A DNA stretch of 64,000 bases from Chloroflexota bacterium (GCA_003169735.1 PNAP01000007.1:43738-107737), one strand, 5' to 3'; shown: positions 40,643 to 50,028, numbered from the stretch's first letter. Numbers and translations: made by a program. The notes: generated by a model from the letters alone, not told the origin.

Positions 40643-41842
40643 TCAGCGCAACAGGCTCCGTGGTGCAGGGGAAACCATCAGCCGTTGGCGGAGTGCCGGG
40701 TCGGTCGCCAGGTCGATCGCCGTCCAGGCCATCGCCAGCGCGCCATCGTGGATGGCCTGATCGGCCGCCGCGGAAGCCGCCGCGATGGTGAAGCCACGCT
40801 GGTGGTTGACCGCGGGCAGCGAATCGATGCCGATCATGGGATGGATCGACGGGATGACCTGCGAGATGTCGCCCATGTCGGTCGAGACCGGCCCGAGACC
40901 GGATTCCGCTCCGGGCACGATGGTCCGCCCGAGCGTCTCGGCGTGGACGCGGTAGCGCTCCATGATCCCGGCGTCCTGGACGACGTTGGCGTAACGGACC
41001 CGCGGCTTGACCGCGAGCTGGGCGCCCGTGGCGAGAGACCCGGCCTCGAAACAGTGCATGACGCGCGCCTTGAGTTCGTCCAGCCCTTCCACGTCCGGGG
41101 CACGGACCATGAACAGGCCTTCGGTGTGGGCGGGCACGACATTGGCCGCGTCGCCCCCGTGCGTCACGATACCGTGCACGCGCGTCCCGGCTGGCATGTG
41201 CTGCCGCAGCAGGCCGATGGCAACCTGAGCGACCACGAACGCGTCGGCAGCGTTGATGCCGAGTTCCGGCGCCCCCGCCGCGTGCGCCTCGCGTCCTTCG
41301 AAGCTGACCTCCAGCGTCTGCGCCGCGATGAGTTGCTGATCGATGGTGTCCCGCGGTGCGGGGTGGACCATCATCGCCGCGTGGACGCCGTCGAAGGCGC
41401 CGGCATCCAGCAATCGGATCTTGCCGCCGCCGCCTTCCTCAGCCGGAGTGCCGATGACGGTCACCCGAAGGCCGACGTCGTCCGCGACCGCGGCCAGCGC
41501 CAGCCCGGCCCCGACAGCGGCCGCGGCGATGACGTTATGTCCGCATGCGTGACCGATGACCGGCAACGCGTCGTACTCGGCGACGACCGCGACATGCAGG
41601 GGCCCTGGCCCGAAGCTACCCGCGACGGAGGTCGGCATCTCACCCATCCCGCGCGTGACCTCGAAGCCGGCGCTGGTCAGCCAATCGGCGATCCAACCGG
41701 CGGCCAGCTCCTCCTCGAAGGCGACCTCCGGGTTGGCGTGGATCCAGTGGCTGAGCCCGACGAGCGACGGGTAGGCGGCCTCGACCACGCTTCGCGCCCG
41801 CGCCTGATGGTCGGTCTCCGGTATCGGGTCGGTCTCCGGCAT
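40643..41842 (-). CDS. M20-family amidohydrolase/peptidase (M20D)
   Basis: 'GHACGHN' metal-binding region and an M20 dimerisation-domain layout. ATG at 41842 ('MPETDPIPETD'). Confidence 0.8.
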   Translation of the reverse strand: MPETDPIPETDHQARARSVVEAAYPSLVGLSHWIHANPEVAFEEELAAGWIADWLTSAGFEVTRGMGEMPTSVAGSFGPGPLHVAVVAEYDALPVIGHACGHNVIAAAAVGAGLALAAVADDVGLRVTVIGTPAEEGGGGKIRLLDAGAFDGVHAAMMVHPAPRDTIDQQLIAAQTLEVSFEGREAHAAGAPELGINAADAFVVAQVAIGLLRQHMPAGTRVHGIVTHGGDAANVVPAHTEGLFMVRAPDVEGLDELKARVMHCFEAGSLATGAQLAVKPRVRYANVVQDAGIMERYRVHAETLGRTIVPGAESGLGPVSTDMGDISQVIPSIHPMIGIDSLPAVNHQRGFTIAAASAAADQAIHDGALAMAWTAIDLATDPALRQRLMVSPAPRSLLR

Positions 41843-42091
41843 CGTCCCCCTCGCTATCGGTTCGGCAGGCGCCAAGTATGGGCGTGGCCTGTTGACCGAG
41901 CCGAACACGACGTCGCAAGGCGTCACCGACGCGTGCGAATCACCCCTTGCGCGATGAGATCCATCCGTTACCATGCATGTAGCCATAGTGCCCGAAGCGT
42001 TCGGGCCAAAGACCCGTCCGGCGTCACGACTCACTCCTCTCACGGATCCCGCGAGAACAGTCGCGGGAGCCGGCATGAGAAGGAGTGTTCT

Positions 42092-42541
42092 TTGTTTACG
42101 GATCGCACCCTGACCTGCGCCGACTGCGGGCAGGAATTCACGTTCACGTCGAGTGAACAGCAGTTCTACAGCGATCGTGGGTTCAGTGACCCGCGACGTT
42201 GCAGTTCCTGTCGCGCAAGCCGCAAGGCAGCCCGTGGTGACTCGGGCGGCGGCTTCAGCGGTCGCTCAGGCGGCAGCAGTTACGGCGGCAGCAGCAGCGG
42301 CGGCTACAGCTCGGGCAGTGGCATCGGCGGCGGGTACTCCGCGTCCGGTGGCTACTCGGCCGGCGGTGGCGGTGGCGGCGGCTACGGCGGCGGCAGCGGC
42401 GGTGGGTACCGCGAGCGCGGCCCCCGCGAGATGTTCGAGGCGACCTGCTCCGAGTGCGGCAACACGGCCATGGTGCCGTTCCGCCCGACGAGCGGCAAGC
42501 CGGTCTACTGCAACGATTGCTTCGCCAAGCGTCGCGCGTAG
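42092..42541 (+). CDS. zinc-ribbon (zf-trcl-like CxxC-x17-CxxC) protein with Gly/Ser/Tyr-rich low-complexity centre
   Basis: 'CADCGQEFTFTSSEQQFYSDRGFSDPRRCSSC' and 'CSECGNTAMVPFRPTSGKPVYCNDC' separated by a (GGYS)n tract. TTG start at 42092 with AGGAG 7 nt upstream. Confidence 0.6.
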   Translation: MFTDRTLTCADCGQEFTFTSSEQQFYSDRGFSDPRRCSSCRASRKAARGDSGGGFSGRSGGSSYGGSSSGGYSSGSGIGGGYSASGGYSAGGGGGGGYGGGSGGGYRERGPREMFEATCSECGNTAMVPFRPTSGKPVYCNDCFAKRRA

Positions 42542-42566
42542 GCTTCCTCTCGACCTAGCAGCAAGA

Positions 42567-42597
42567 GACCCGGGACTTCGGTCCCGGGTCTTTTCAT
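42567..42597. terminator. bidirectional intrinsic terminator
   Basis: 10-bp perfect stem 'gacccgggac'/'gtcccgggtc' with a UUCG tetraloop followed by TTTTCAT. Lies between two convergent genes. Confidence 0.75.
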
Positions 42598-42623
42598 GTC
42601 GTTTCGCGGGTGTCCCGGCAGGC

Positions 42624-43229
42624 CTACTCGGCGTTGATGCCGCCTTCGGGCGCGGGACTCGGCGCATTCGTCACGCCGCCCGCCGGTTGGCGGATGCTCG
42701 GTTCGACGGTCGACCGGATCGCGCCCACCGGGCGGAACGCGGGCTCCGCGGAGCGGGGCGCCTCGGCCATCGCCTGGGTGGCCTTCTGCATGTGCAGCTC
42801 GCCATCGACGTAGCCGCCTTCGTGCAGCATCAGCTTGACGGTCTCGATTGTGCCGCTGACCCGCCCGGTCGGCATGACCTCGAGGCGCTGCCGGCAGACG
42901 AGCTTGCCGGTGTACTGCCCGGCGATGATGACCTCCTCGGCGGTCACATCGGCTGAGACCTTGGCGCTCTGCTCGATGAGCACGTGGCTGGCCGATTCGA
43001 TCGAGCCGTCGACGCTGCCGAGGATGCGGACGCCGCGTGCCGTGCGGAGCTTGCCTTCGATGCGATCGTCCGCGGCGAGCACGCTCTCCTCACCGGATCG
43101 CGCGATGGACGCGGGGCCGCCCGCGCCCCCGGGAACGCTCGACGCCTCCCTGGTGCCGGCGGGTGACGTGATCGGACGGACCGCGCGCTGGTCCTCGTTG
43201 GCTGGTCGCTCGTTGTTTCGGCCGAACAT
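42624..43229 (-). CDS. bactofilin-family cytoskeletal protein
   Basis: Central beta-helical DUF583-like repeats ('ILGSVDGSIESASHVLIEQSAKVSADVTAEEVIIAGQYTGKL') with disordered termini. Confidence 0.75.
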   Translation of the reverse strand: MFGRNNERPANEDQRAVRPITSPAGTREASSVPGGAGGPASIARSGEESVLAADDRIEGKLRTARGVRILGSVDGSIESASHVLIEQSAKVSADVTAEEVIIAGQYTGKLVCRQRLEVMPTGRVSGTIETVKLMLHEGGYVDGELHMQKATQAMAEAPRSAEPAFRPVGAIRSTVEPSIRQPAGGVTNAPSPAPEGGINAE

Positions 43230-43272
43230 GTGATCTCCCCCGGGTGATCAGGTGGCGCGAGTGGACGGTCAG

Positions 43273-43348
43273 TCTAGGCGAATTGGTAGGGGAGCCTGGA
43301 TTCGAACCAGGAACCAGCCGGATATAAGCCGACCGCTCTAACCGTTGA
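43273..43348 (-). tRNA. tRNA-Ile, anticodon UAU (tRNA-Ile2-like)
   Basis: Reverse complement gives a 76-nt cloverleaf: GGGGGAG|TA|GCTC-AACGGTTA-GAGC|G|GTCGG-CTTATAT-CCGGC|TGGTT|CCTGG-TTCGAAT-CCAGG|CTCCCCT|A|CCA. The anticodon loop CU-UAU-AU places TAT at positions 34-36. Architecture resembles E. coli tRNA-Ile2. Confidence 0.8.
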
Positions 43349-43400
43349 GCTACTCCCCCGCCGAGATGCTACACCGGCCGTTGCCGACGAAGCTCGGCGG

Positions 43401-43790
43401 TCAGCTGATGAGCGGCCGGATGACCTGGAAGATGACCACCAGGACGAGATAGACGATGGGCAGCGAGGCGATCAGCCCGAGGAACCCCGACCACCACGAG
43501 CGGCGCCGCACGCCGGATGCCCCGGTCGGCAGCTCGACCCAGAGGTAGGTCACGACGCTGCCGACGACCATCACGACCAGCACGTAGAGAGCGCCGAGCG
43601 CGGTCCGGAGGTCACCGCCCGGCAGCGCCGTGCCATGCGAGAGCAACACGTCATAGGCGAGCAGCGCCAGGCCACCGACGACAGCTACGCTCAGGTTCGC
43701 GACCACCGCCCGGAAGATCGGCGGCGGCGGGTTGCGCGCCTGCCGCAGCCGGACCTTGAGCCAGGAACGCGGCCGTGGCTCGGTCACGCG
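43401..43790 (-). CDS. small membrane protein (3 TM), hypothetical
   Basis: GTG start overlaps the upstream stop (GTGA). Hydrophobic segments 'LSVAVVGGLALLAY', 'LGALYVLVVMVVGSVVTYLWV' and 'FLGLIASLPIVYLVLVVIF'. Confidence 0.4.
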   Translation of the reverse strand, partial: RVTEPRPRSWLKVRLRQARNPPPPIFRAVVANLSVAVVGGLALLAYDVLLSHGTALPGGDLRTALGALYVLVVMVVGSVVTYLWVELPTGASGVRRRSWWSGFLGLIASLPIVYLVLVVIFQVIRPLIS

Positions 43791-44686
43791 CGATCGTCCG
43801 ATGGAGTGAGGATGGCCAAACCCGGCCGGCGGGGCAGCGAATCGGGCGTGTGACCGGCGAGCACGGCGACCACCTCGGCGAACCGCGTGAGTTCGGCCTC
43901 GGTGTTCCAGAACCCTACGCTGGCTCGGACAGCATCCCGTTCGCCAGCCGATCCCAGGATGGCGAAGACCCTCCGCGACAGCTCCTCCCCGGTCTGTTCG
44001 GCCGTCCAACCGCCGATGGTGAAGGTGACCACCGCAGGCCCGGGTGAGGGCAGAAGGTCGACCCCGTGGACCGCCGCCAGCTCCTCCGAGAGGAGGGCGC
44101 TCAGTCGAGCCGTCCGTTCGTACGCCCACGGCAGCCCGACGAACATCTCGAGCCAGCCGAGGGAGCGGGCGAGACCTAGCAGCGACCGCCGAGGCAGGGT
44201 CGGCGAGTTCGGCCGCTTCGCGTGCCGGCCACGTGCGCCCGGCCGAAGCCACAGAGCGCCGGACCCCTCAGGTCCGAGCAGCCAGCGGTGGCCGTCGAGC
44301 ACCGCCGCATCCACGCTGAGTGCCGTGACGTCGATCGCCTCGACGCCCGCGACATAGCGCAGATCAGCGACCGCGGCACCATCGGGGAGCCAGCGGACCG
44401 CGTCATCCGCGCCGAACATGAGCACGATGTCGTCCGCATCCGCCCCGAGCAGCGCGGCGACGACCGCCCGCGCCTCGGCATCGCGTTGTGCCACGTCCGC
44501 GTCGCGATCCGGTCCGCCGCGGCCGACCTTGAGTTCCCATTCGTCGGCTTCGGCCAGGGCGCGGGCCGTCTCGGCCGGGAACGGGCCGGCCGTGGCCGTG
44601 TCGAGATAGATGCCAGCGCCAGTGGCCGGCAACATCTCGCGGATGTCGGCGACCTTCTCGTCGTCGGTGTGGAGCGGCTCGACCAT
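43784..44686 (-). CDS. aminotransferase class V-like protein (short, possibly degenerate)
   Basis: Recognisable class-V fold segments ('IYLDTATAGP', 'DIVLMFGA'), but only 300 aa and no clear PLP-lysine motif. Confidence 0.5.
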   Translation of the reverse strand: MVEPLHTDDEKVADIREMLPATGAGIYLDTATAGPFPAETARALAEADEWELKVGRGGPDRDADVAQRDAEARAVVAALLGADADDIVLMFGADDAVRWLPDGAAVADLRYVAGVEAIDVTALSVDAAVLDGHRWLLGPEGSGALWLRPGARGRHAKRPNSPTLPRRSLLGLARSLGWLEMFVGLPWAYERTARLSALLSEELAAVHGVDLLPSPGPAVVTFTIGGWTAEQTGEELSRRVFAILGSAGERDAVRASVGFWNTEAELTRFAEVVAVLAGHTPDSLPRRPGLAILTPSDDRA

Positions 44687-44717
44687 GTCGGCCGGAGCTT
44701 ACGCGGTCGCGCGGCCT

Positions 44718-46409
44718 CTACGTTCCGGCCGTCAGAACGCGGTATCGGCCGCCTTCCTGAAGTTGGTCGTGGAGCGTCGCGACCGTCGAGAGGACATCGA
44801 TCTCGTCGGGGCCCTTGTCGGTACGGATCTGGACGATGCGCGGGAACCGCATCGCGTAGCCCGACGCGTGACGGTTGGAGCGGTGGATGACGTCGAAGGC
44901 GATCTCCACCACGACGCTCGGCTCGACCAGCCGGTAGCGCCCGAACTGGCGGATGGTGTGCGCCTCGAACCAGCGCGTCATCTCGGCGATCTCGGCGTCG
45001 GTCAGCCCGCTGTACGCCTTGCCGATGGTCACGAGCTTGCCGTCCGCGCCGGGTCGATCGTCGCGCACCGCGAACGTGTAGTCGGAGAGAACGCCGTGGC
45101 GCTTGCCGTGGCCGAGTTCCACGCCGACGACCACGCAATCGAGCGTCGTGAGCGGCCGCTTCAGCTTCAGCCACCCGTAGCCGCGGCGACCGGGCGAGTA
45201 GATCGAGTCTGGGTCCTTGACCATCAGCCCCTCGTTGCCCCGTTGCTGGGAGGCAGCGAAAACGGCGCGCAACACCTCCTCGTCCGGGGCGCTGTCCAGT
45301 TGTGCGATGCCGAATCCCGGCGTCGCCGCCAAGTCGAGCGCCTCCAGGCTGGAGCGGCGTTCGCGGAGCGGGAGCCGGAGCAGCGGCTCGATCGGCGCGC
45401 CGTTGCCGGCGCCCAGTGCCAGGACATCGAACGCGACATAGATGACCGGCACCGCGGCCTGGATCTCGGCGCTCGGTTCCTTGCGGCCGAGCCGCGACTG
45501 GAGTCGCAGGAACGGGATCGCCGTGCCATCGCGCCACCCGAGCACCTCGCCGTCGAGGATGCCGTCCCAGCTGAGTGGCGCCGCCGCCCGGATGACCTCC
45601 GGGAACTGGTCGCTGACGTCGTTGAGATCGCGGCTGTACAGGCGGACGGTGCCCCCGGCGCGATGCAATTGCGCGCGGATGCCGTCGTACTTGTCCTCCA
45701 CCCAGACGGGCGTGCCGAGGCGCTCGATGACCTCCGCCTCATCAGCGGCCGGGTGGGCAAGCATCGACTTGAGCGGCCGGAAGAGCGTCAACTCGGCGTC
45801 GGCGAGCGCATCGTCGCGAGCCAGCTCGGCGGTGTGGCCGAGGTCGCCGGTAAGCATCCCCGCCCACTGGACATCCTCTGTCTGGCGACCGAACGCCGCC
45901 GCGATGGCCGCTTCGAGGTGGCCCTCTCGAAGCCCGATGCGCAGCTCTCCGGACAGGATCTTGGCCACGTACCGCGCGGTCAACGGATCGCACCGCGCGA
46001 GCAGTTCGCGCAGGACGGCCGACTTGGCAGCGGGTCCACGGGCCTCGGCGATGGCGGTGAAGGCGGCGGCGACCTCGGGCACCGTCGGCGGCGTTCCCGC
46101 CGGTTCGTGGCCGGCCTCCGCCAGCAGGTCGCCGACCGCCTGGCCGAGGTCGGACGATCGATCGTAGGCGGCACCGAGCGCGCCATCGGGAGCGTTCGCG
46201 ATCTCCTCGGCGACCCGGCCAAGGGCGGACCAGCCGAGACCGGTCGTGCGCTGGTCTCGCTCGGGAAACGCGCGACCCGTCATGAACGTTGCGGCCGGCG
46301 GCAGCACGTCCCGGTCAAGCGTGGCGAGATACGCCGCGAGCGTCGTGACCTTGACCGAGGTCCTGCTCGTGGCGCCGATGGCTTCGGCGGTCTCGCTCCA
46401 GCGTCGCAT
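44718..46409 (-). CDS. ATP-dependent DNA ligase
   Basis: 'VEDKYDGIRAQ' is the adenylation KxDG motif, with downstream OB-fold motifs. Start taken at 'MRRWSETAEAIG'. Confidence 0.85.
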   Translation of the reverse strand: MRRWSETAEAIGATSRTSVKVTTLAAYLATLDRDVLPPAATFMTGRAFPERDQRTTGLGWSALGRVAEEIANAPDGALGAAYDRSSDLGQAVGDLLAEAGHEPAGTPPTVPEVAAAFTAIAEARGPAAKSAVLRELLARCDPLTARYVAKILSGELRIGLREGHLEAAIAAAFGRQTEDVQWAGMLTGDLGHTAELARDDALADAELTLFRPLKSMLAHPAADEAEVIERLGTPVWVEDKYDGIRAQLHRAGGTVRLYSRDLNDVSDQFPEVIRAAAPLSWDGILDGEVLGWRDGTAIPFLRLQSRLGRKEPSAEIQAAVPVIYVAFDVLALGAGNGAPIEPLLRLPLRERRSSLEALDLAATPGFGIAQLDSAPDEEVLRAVFAASQQRGNEGLMVKDPDSIYSPGRRGYGWLKLKRPLTTLDCVVVGVELGHGKRHGVLSDYTFAVRDDRPGADGKLVTIGKAYSGLTDAEIAEMTRWFEAHTIRQFGRYRLVEPSVVVEIAFDVIHRSNRHASGYAMRFPRIVQIRTDKGPDEIDVLSTVATLHDQLQEGGRYRVLTAGT

Positions 46410-46474
46410 CGTCGGATGGTAGTCGCGGGCGGCGGGGCGGCGGGGTAGCATCCGAGGCACATGCCCAGCACGCC

Positions 46475-47086
46475 GTGATGGCCCGCGACTTCTGGCAACC
46501 GACCCTCATCGAGGGCCGGCGAGTCCGCCTGCGCCGCCACCGCAAGGAGAACCTGCCGAGCGTCCTGCGCTGGTACCGCGATGCCGAAGTGGCTCGGCTG
46601 ACCCGCTACCAGACGCGACCGATGACCAAGGACGAGGTCGAGCGGTTCTTCGAAGCTCGGCTCATCTCGCCCGATTCGGTCGCCTACGCCATCCACATCG
46701 CCGCCACCGACCGGCTCATCGGCCTGACCACGTTCAGTTCGCTCGACGCGGACAACGGTTCAGCGCTCTTCCACATCACCATCGGCGAGCGCGACGGCTG
46801 GGGCCAGGGCTACGGGACGGAGAGCGCGGAGCTGATGCTCGCCCATGCCTTCGAGCGGCTCGGCCTGCACCGCGTGGCGCTGAGCGTCTTCTCGTTCAAC
46901 GAACGCGCCATCCGCTCGTACCAGAAGGCAGGTTTCCACATCGAAGGGCGGCTGCGCGAAGCGATCATGCGGGACGGCCGCTACTGGGACGAGATCCAGA
47001 TGGGCGCGCTGCGCGAAGAGTGGCTGGCGCGCGCGGCTGGCGCAGCCGGCAACGCTGTCGATCCACTCTCTGTCTCGAGTCGCTGA
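46475..47086 (+). CDS. GNAT-family N-acetyltransferase (RimJ/RimL-like)
   Basis: GNAT motif A region 'GWGQGYGTES', 203 aa. Confidence 0.8.
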   Translation: MMARDFWQPTLIEGRRVRLRRHRKENLPSVLRWYRDAEVARLTRYQTRPMTKDEVERFFEARLISPDSVAYAIHIAATDRLIGLTTFSSLDADNGSALFHITIGERDGWGQGYGTESAELMLAHAFERLGLHRVALSVFSFNERAIRSYQKAGFHIEGRLREAIMRDGRYWDEIQMGALREEWLARAAGAAGNAVDPLSVSSR

Positions 47087-47095
47087 AGGAGGGCG

Positions 47096-47377
47096 GTGAT
47101 GGCCAGCCAGGGGCCGATGGCCGACGAGGCGCGCGCCGACCTTCGCAGCATCATCGAGGAGAAGGGCCACGCCGTCGACGTGGCGCGCAAGGCCGTGGCG
47201 CGCCTGGACGACGCGTTCGCCATGGGGGCGCTGCAACGCACGCCGTTCATCGACCAGGCGCTGCGCGACCTCGAGGTCGCTCTGGAGCAGGACGACGGCC
47301 AGAAACTGGGCGGCAAGAGCTCCGAAGCGTCCCGCTTCATCCTGCACGCCATCGAGCGCATGCTCGACGACGCGTAG
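47096..47377 (+). CDS. hypothetical small protein (93 aa)
   Basis: Strong Shine-Dalgarno sequence (AAGGAGGG) upstream of the ATG. No recognisable domain. Confidence 0.45.
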   Translation: MMASQGPMADEARADLRSIIEEKGHAVDVARKAVARLDDAFAMGALQRTPFIDQALRDLEVALEQDDGQKLGGKSSEASRFILHAIERMLDDA

Positions 47378-47384
47378 GGCTGAG

Positions 47385-47774
47385 GTGCCACACGGCGGAG
47401 AGTATCGGGTGTTGACTGGCTGGGAGAACCGCGCCATCGCGCGGTTGCTGGAACCCGAGTTCCCCGGTCGATCCGAGTTGTGTCTCCAGCTCGATCGCGC
47501 CAGTGCAAAGACGATCGACGATCACGGCAACGGTCACGGGTGCATCGACATCCGTTCACATTCCCCGGCCATCGCTGAGGTGCTGCAGCGAGTCCCCTCG
47601 GAAGGTCAGGCAGCAGATGCGGACGGGGTCGACATCCACGTGCTCCTCCACGTGGTCGGTGGGCGGATGTCGGAACTCGAGATCTTCAAGGACGACGGAT
47701 CCGACGTCGTTCGGTTACCAGATCCCGACGACATCGACGTCTTCGTGTTCGATCCGGCTTGGAATGGGGAATAG
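47385..47774 (+). CDS. hypothetical protein
   Basis: ORF with a possible GTG start at ~47408 after a GGAGAG sequence. No recognisable motif. Confidence 0.35.
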   Translation: MPHGGEYRVLTGWENRAIARLLEPEFPGRSELCLQLDRASAKTIDDHGNGHGCIDIRSHSPAIAEVLQRVPSEGQAADADGVDIHVLLHVVGGRMSELEIFKDDGSDVVRLPDPDDIDVFVFDPAWNGE

Positions 47775-48027
47775 CCGACCCGTTTTCGTCTAACGCCAAC
47801 CCGAGTAGCGCTACAACGGGTCGCGGCCCACTCGGACACTCACAAGTGCCGGATTCGCGCCATCCGTAGCGTGGGCGTGCTCAAGGAGCTGTTCTTGTCG
47901 CTGGTCTCGACGGTTCGGAAGCTCTTCGCGTCGTCCAACGCTCCCGGGGTTCGCATTCGACGAAAAGCCGCCGGGGTCGACGGTGAGCGTCACGAAACGA
48001 TCACGGGGCGGCCGGTACACTCCGACG

Positions 48028-48633
48028 ATGCTCGACCGCCTCATCTCCCGCCCGAAGCTGACCGACGCCCAGAAGAGGCGCGTGCCTCCCGGCCAGTACG
48101 TGACCGAGAAGTGGCCGGTCCTCCATTACGGATCCGTGCCGCGGACCGACCTCGCGACGTGGGACTTCAAGGTCTGGGGCGAGGTCGAGAACCCGTACAC
48201 GTTCACGTGGGCCGAGTTCCAGGCGATGCCGCGCAAGACGGTCCACACCGATATCCACTGCGTGACCCGCTGGACGCGCCTCGATGCCGAGTTCGAGGGC
48301 GTGCCCATCCAGCACATCCTCGGGCGCGCCAAGCTCAAACCGACCGCGAAGTTCGTGCTCGAGCATGCCGAACAGGGCTATACGACCAACCTGCCTCTTG
48401 ACGTCCTCGACGATGACGATGTCCTTCTCTGCGACAAGGCCGACGGCGAGCCGCTCACGCCCGAGCACGGCTACCCGCTTCGACTCGTCGCCCCCCAGCG
48501 CTACTTCTGGAAGAGCGCCAAGTGGATCCGCGGCCTCCAGTTCCTCGCCGACGACCAGCCCGGTTTCTGGGAGCGCTACGGTTACAACAACAACGCCGAC
48601 TTCTGGAAAGAAGAGCGCTTCACCGACGACTAG
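48028..48633 (+). CDS. sulfite-oxidase-like molybdopterin-dependent oxidoreductase (YedY/MsrP-like fold)
   Basis: 'TDIHCVTRWTRLDAEFEGVP' contains the conserved Mo-ligand Cys region, and 'GYPLRLVAPQRYFWKSAKW' is typical of the Oxidored_molyb domain. Start taken at 'MLDRLISRP'. Confidence 0.8.
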   Translation: MLDRLISRPKLTDAQKRRVPPGQYVTEKWPVLHYGSVPRTDLATWDFKVWGEVENPYTFTWAEFQAMPRKTVHTDIHCVTRWTRLDAEFEGVPIQHILGRAKLKPTAKFVLEHAEQGYTTNLPLDVLDDDDVLLCDKADGEPLTPEHGYPLRLVAPQRYFWKSAKWIRGLQFLADDQPGFWERYGYNNNADFWKEERFTDD

Positions 48634-48691
48634 TAGGCGCCGATGGTCGGGCGCCAACACCTGGCGATTCGCGGCCTATCGGGCACGCGAT

Positions 48692-49525
48692 CTAGTTGCG
48701 GCGAAGCTCCAATTGCCGCGCGTCCACGGCCAGCGGGCGCAGATGGCGCGACAGGTGGCGGATCTCGCGTTTCAGCACCGCGTCCAGGCCGCACAGCCGG
48801 CCGACCGTGTCGGGCGCCTCCAGCAGGTCCTGCCGCGTGGCCAACTCCACCTGGATGAGCGCGGTCAGCAGGAACGAGAGGGCGGTCGGGTCGTCCGAGG
48901 CGGCCAGCCGATGGGCTGCCGCCATCAGCAGGTCACGCCGCTGTTCCTCGGACAGGAGCTTCGTGTCGAGGACCGGTTCCAGCGGCGGCGGCTCCTCGAC
49001 CTCAGCCATCATGCCGCCGATGTCCAGCGGCTCTGGTGTACCGGACGTGTCGTCGGGGGCCTCGATCTCGACTTCGATCTCGATCTCCGGCCCGTTGTCG
49101 GCAAGGGCAGGCTGGAGGAGCTCGAGGTAACGGATGAACCGACGCCCGACCTGATCGGCCAGGCCCTTGGCCTCGGCATCGCCGCCTGATTCCTCGGTGA
49201 TGAGCGTCACATCGCCGACGAGGTACGGCTCGCGGTCGGCTGACACGCTCGTCACGCGGAACCGCCGCGGACCGATGGTCACGATGTCCAAGCGGCCATC
49301 CGGGTAGCGGCCGGCACGCCGGATGACCGCCGTCGTGCCGATCTCAGCCAGGCGCTCGGGCGGCGCGCCTGCCTCCCGACCCTCGCGGATGAGGACGACC
49401 CCGAACGGCTCGCCACGCTCGATGCAGCGGGCGATCATCAACCGATAGCGCTCCTCGAAGATGTGGAGCGGCAGGGCGACGCCCGGACAGAGGACGGAAT
49501 GGAGGGGGAAGAGCGGGATCTCCAT
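48692..49525 (-). CDS. LON N-terminal (substrate-binding) domain-containing protein
   Basis: 'LFPLHSVLCPGVALPLHIFEERYRLMI' is a Lon N-terminal domain signature. 277 aa with an acidic linker. Confidence 0.75.
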   Translation of the reverse strand: MEIPLFPLHSVLCPGVALPLHIFEERYRLMIARCIERGEPFGVVLIREGREAGAPPERLAEIGTTAVIRRAGRYPDGRLDIVTIGPRRFRVTSVSADREPYLVGDVTLITEESGGDAEAKGLADQVGRRFIRYLELLQPALADNGPEIEIEVEIEAPDDTSGTPEPLDIGGMMAEVEEPPPLEPVLDTKLLSEEQRRDLLMAAAHRLAASDDPTALSFLLTALIQVELATRQDLLEAPDTVGRLCGLDAVLKREIRHLSRHLRPLAVDARQLELRRN

Positions 49526-49605
49526 CTTCTCGGTGATCTCGACCGGGCCGAAAAAGGAACGAGCGAGCCGCGAAGGGCTCGCCCGTAGATCAGCCGAAGG
49601 TCAGG

Positions 49606-50028
49606 TCAGTGGTGGCAGCCGCCCGGGCTGCCGGCCGAATCGGCCGTCCGGAAGCTGCTGCCGCAACCGCACGCTGAAACGGCGTTGGGATTGTTGACCG
49701 TGAAGCCGGCGCCCATGAGGGTGTCGAGATAGTCGATCTCGGAACCGGTCAGATGCTGGGTGCTCTGCTGATCAACGTAGACATTGATGCCCTTGCTCTC
49801 GACCGTGATGTCCTCAGACGTTGGCTGGTCCTCGAGCATCATGCCGTAGCGGAATCCCGAGCAGCCGCCGCTGTAGACGTAGACCCGAAGACCGACCGCG
49901 GTATTCGGATCGTCGGCGGTGAGCTCATGAAGCTTGGCGGCCGCTGCGTCGCTCAGGACGACGAGCGGCGGCGCCTGGACGTCGATGAGGCGCTCCGGCT
50001 TCGGGGCGATGGGCTGGGTTTCGATCAT
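49606..50028 (-). CDS. iron-sulfur cluster insertion protein (ErpA/IscA/HesB family)
   Basis: HesB signature 'SACGCGSSF' at the C-terminus and 'SGGCSGFRYG'. Confidence 0.85.
   Translation of the reverse strand: MIETQPIAPKPERLIDVQAPPLVVLSDAAAAKLHELTADDPNTAVGLRVYVYSGGCSGFRYGMMLEDQPTSEDITVESKGINVYVDQQSTQHLTGSEIDYLDTLMGAGFTVNNPNAVSACGCGSSFRTADSAGSPGGCHH

Noticed and set aside
40685-42091. Long plus-strand ORF (618 aa) over the M20 peptidase locus
   Set aside because: Antisense shadow. Only its final ~150 codons (the zinc-ribbon protein from TTG 42092) are supported.
42240-42420. GGC-rich tandem trinucleotide-like repeats
   Set aside because: Coding low-complexity (Gly/Ser/Tyr) tract of the zinc-ribbon protein. 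Not a regulatory or CRISPR repeat.
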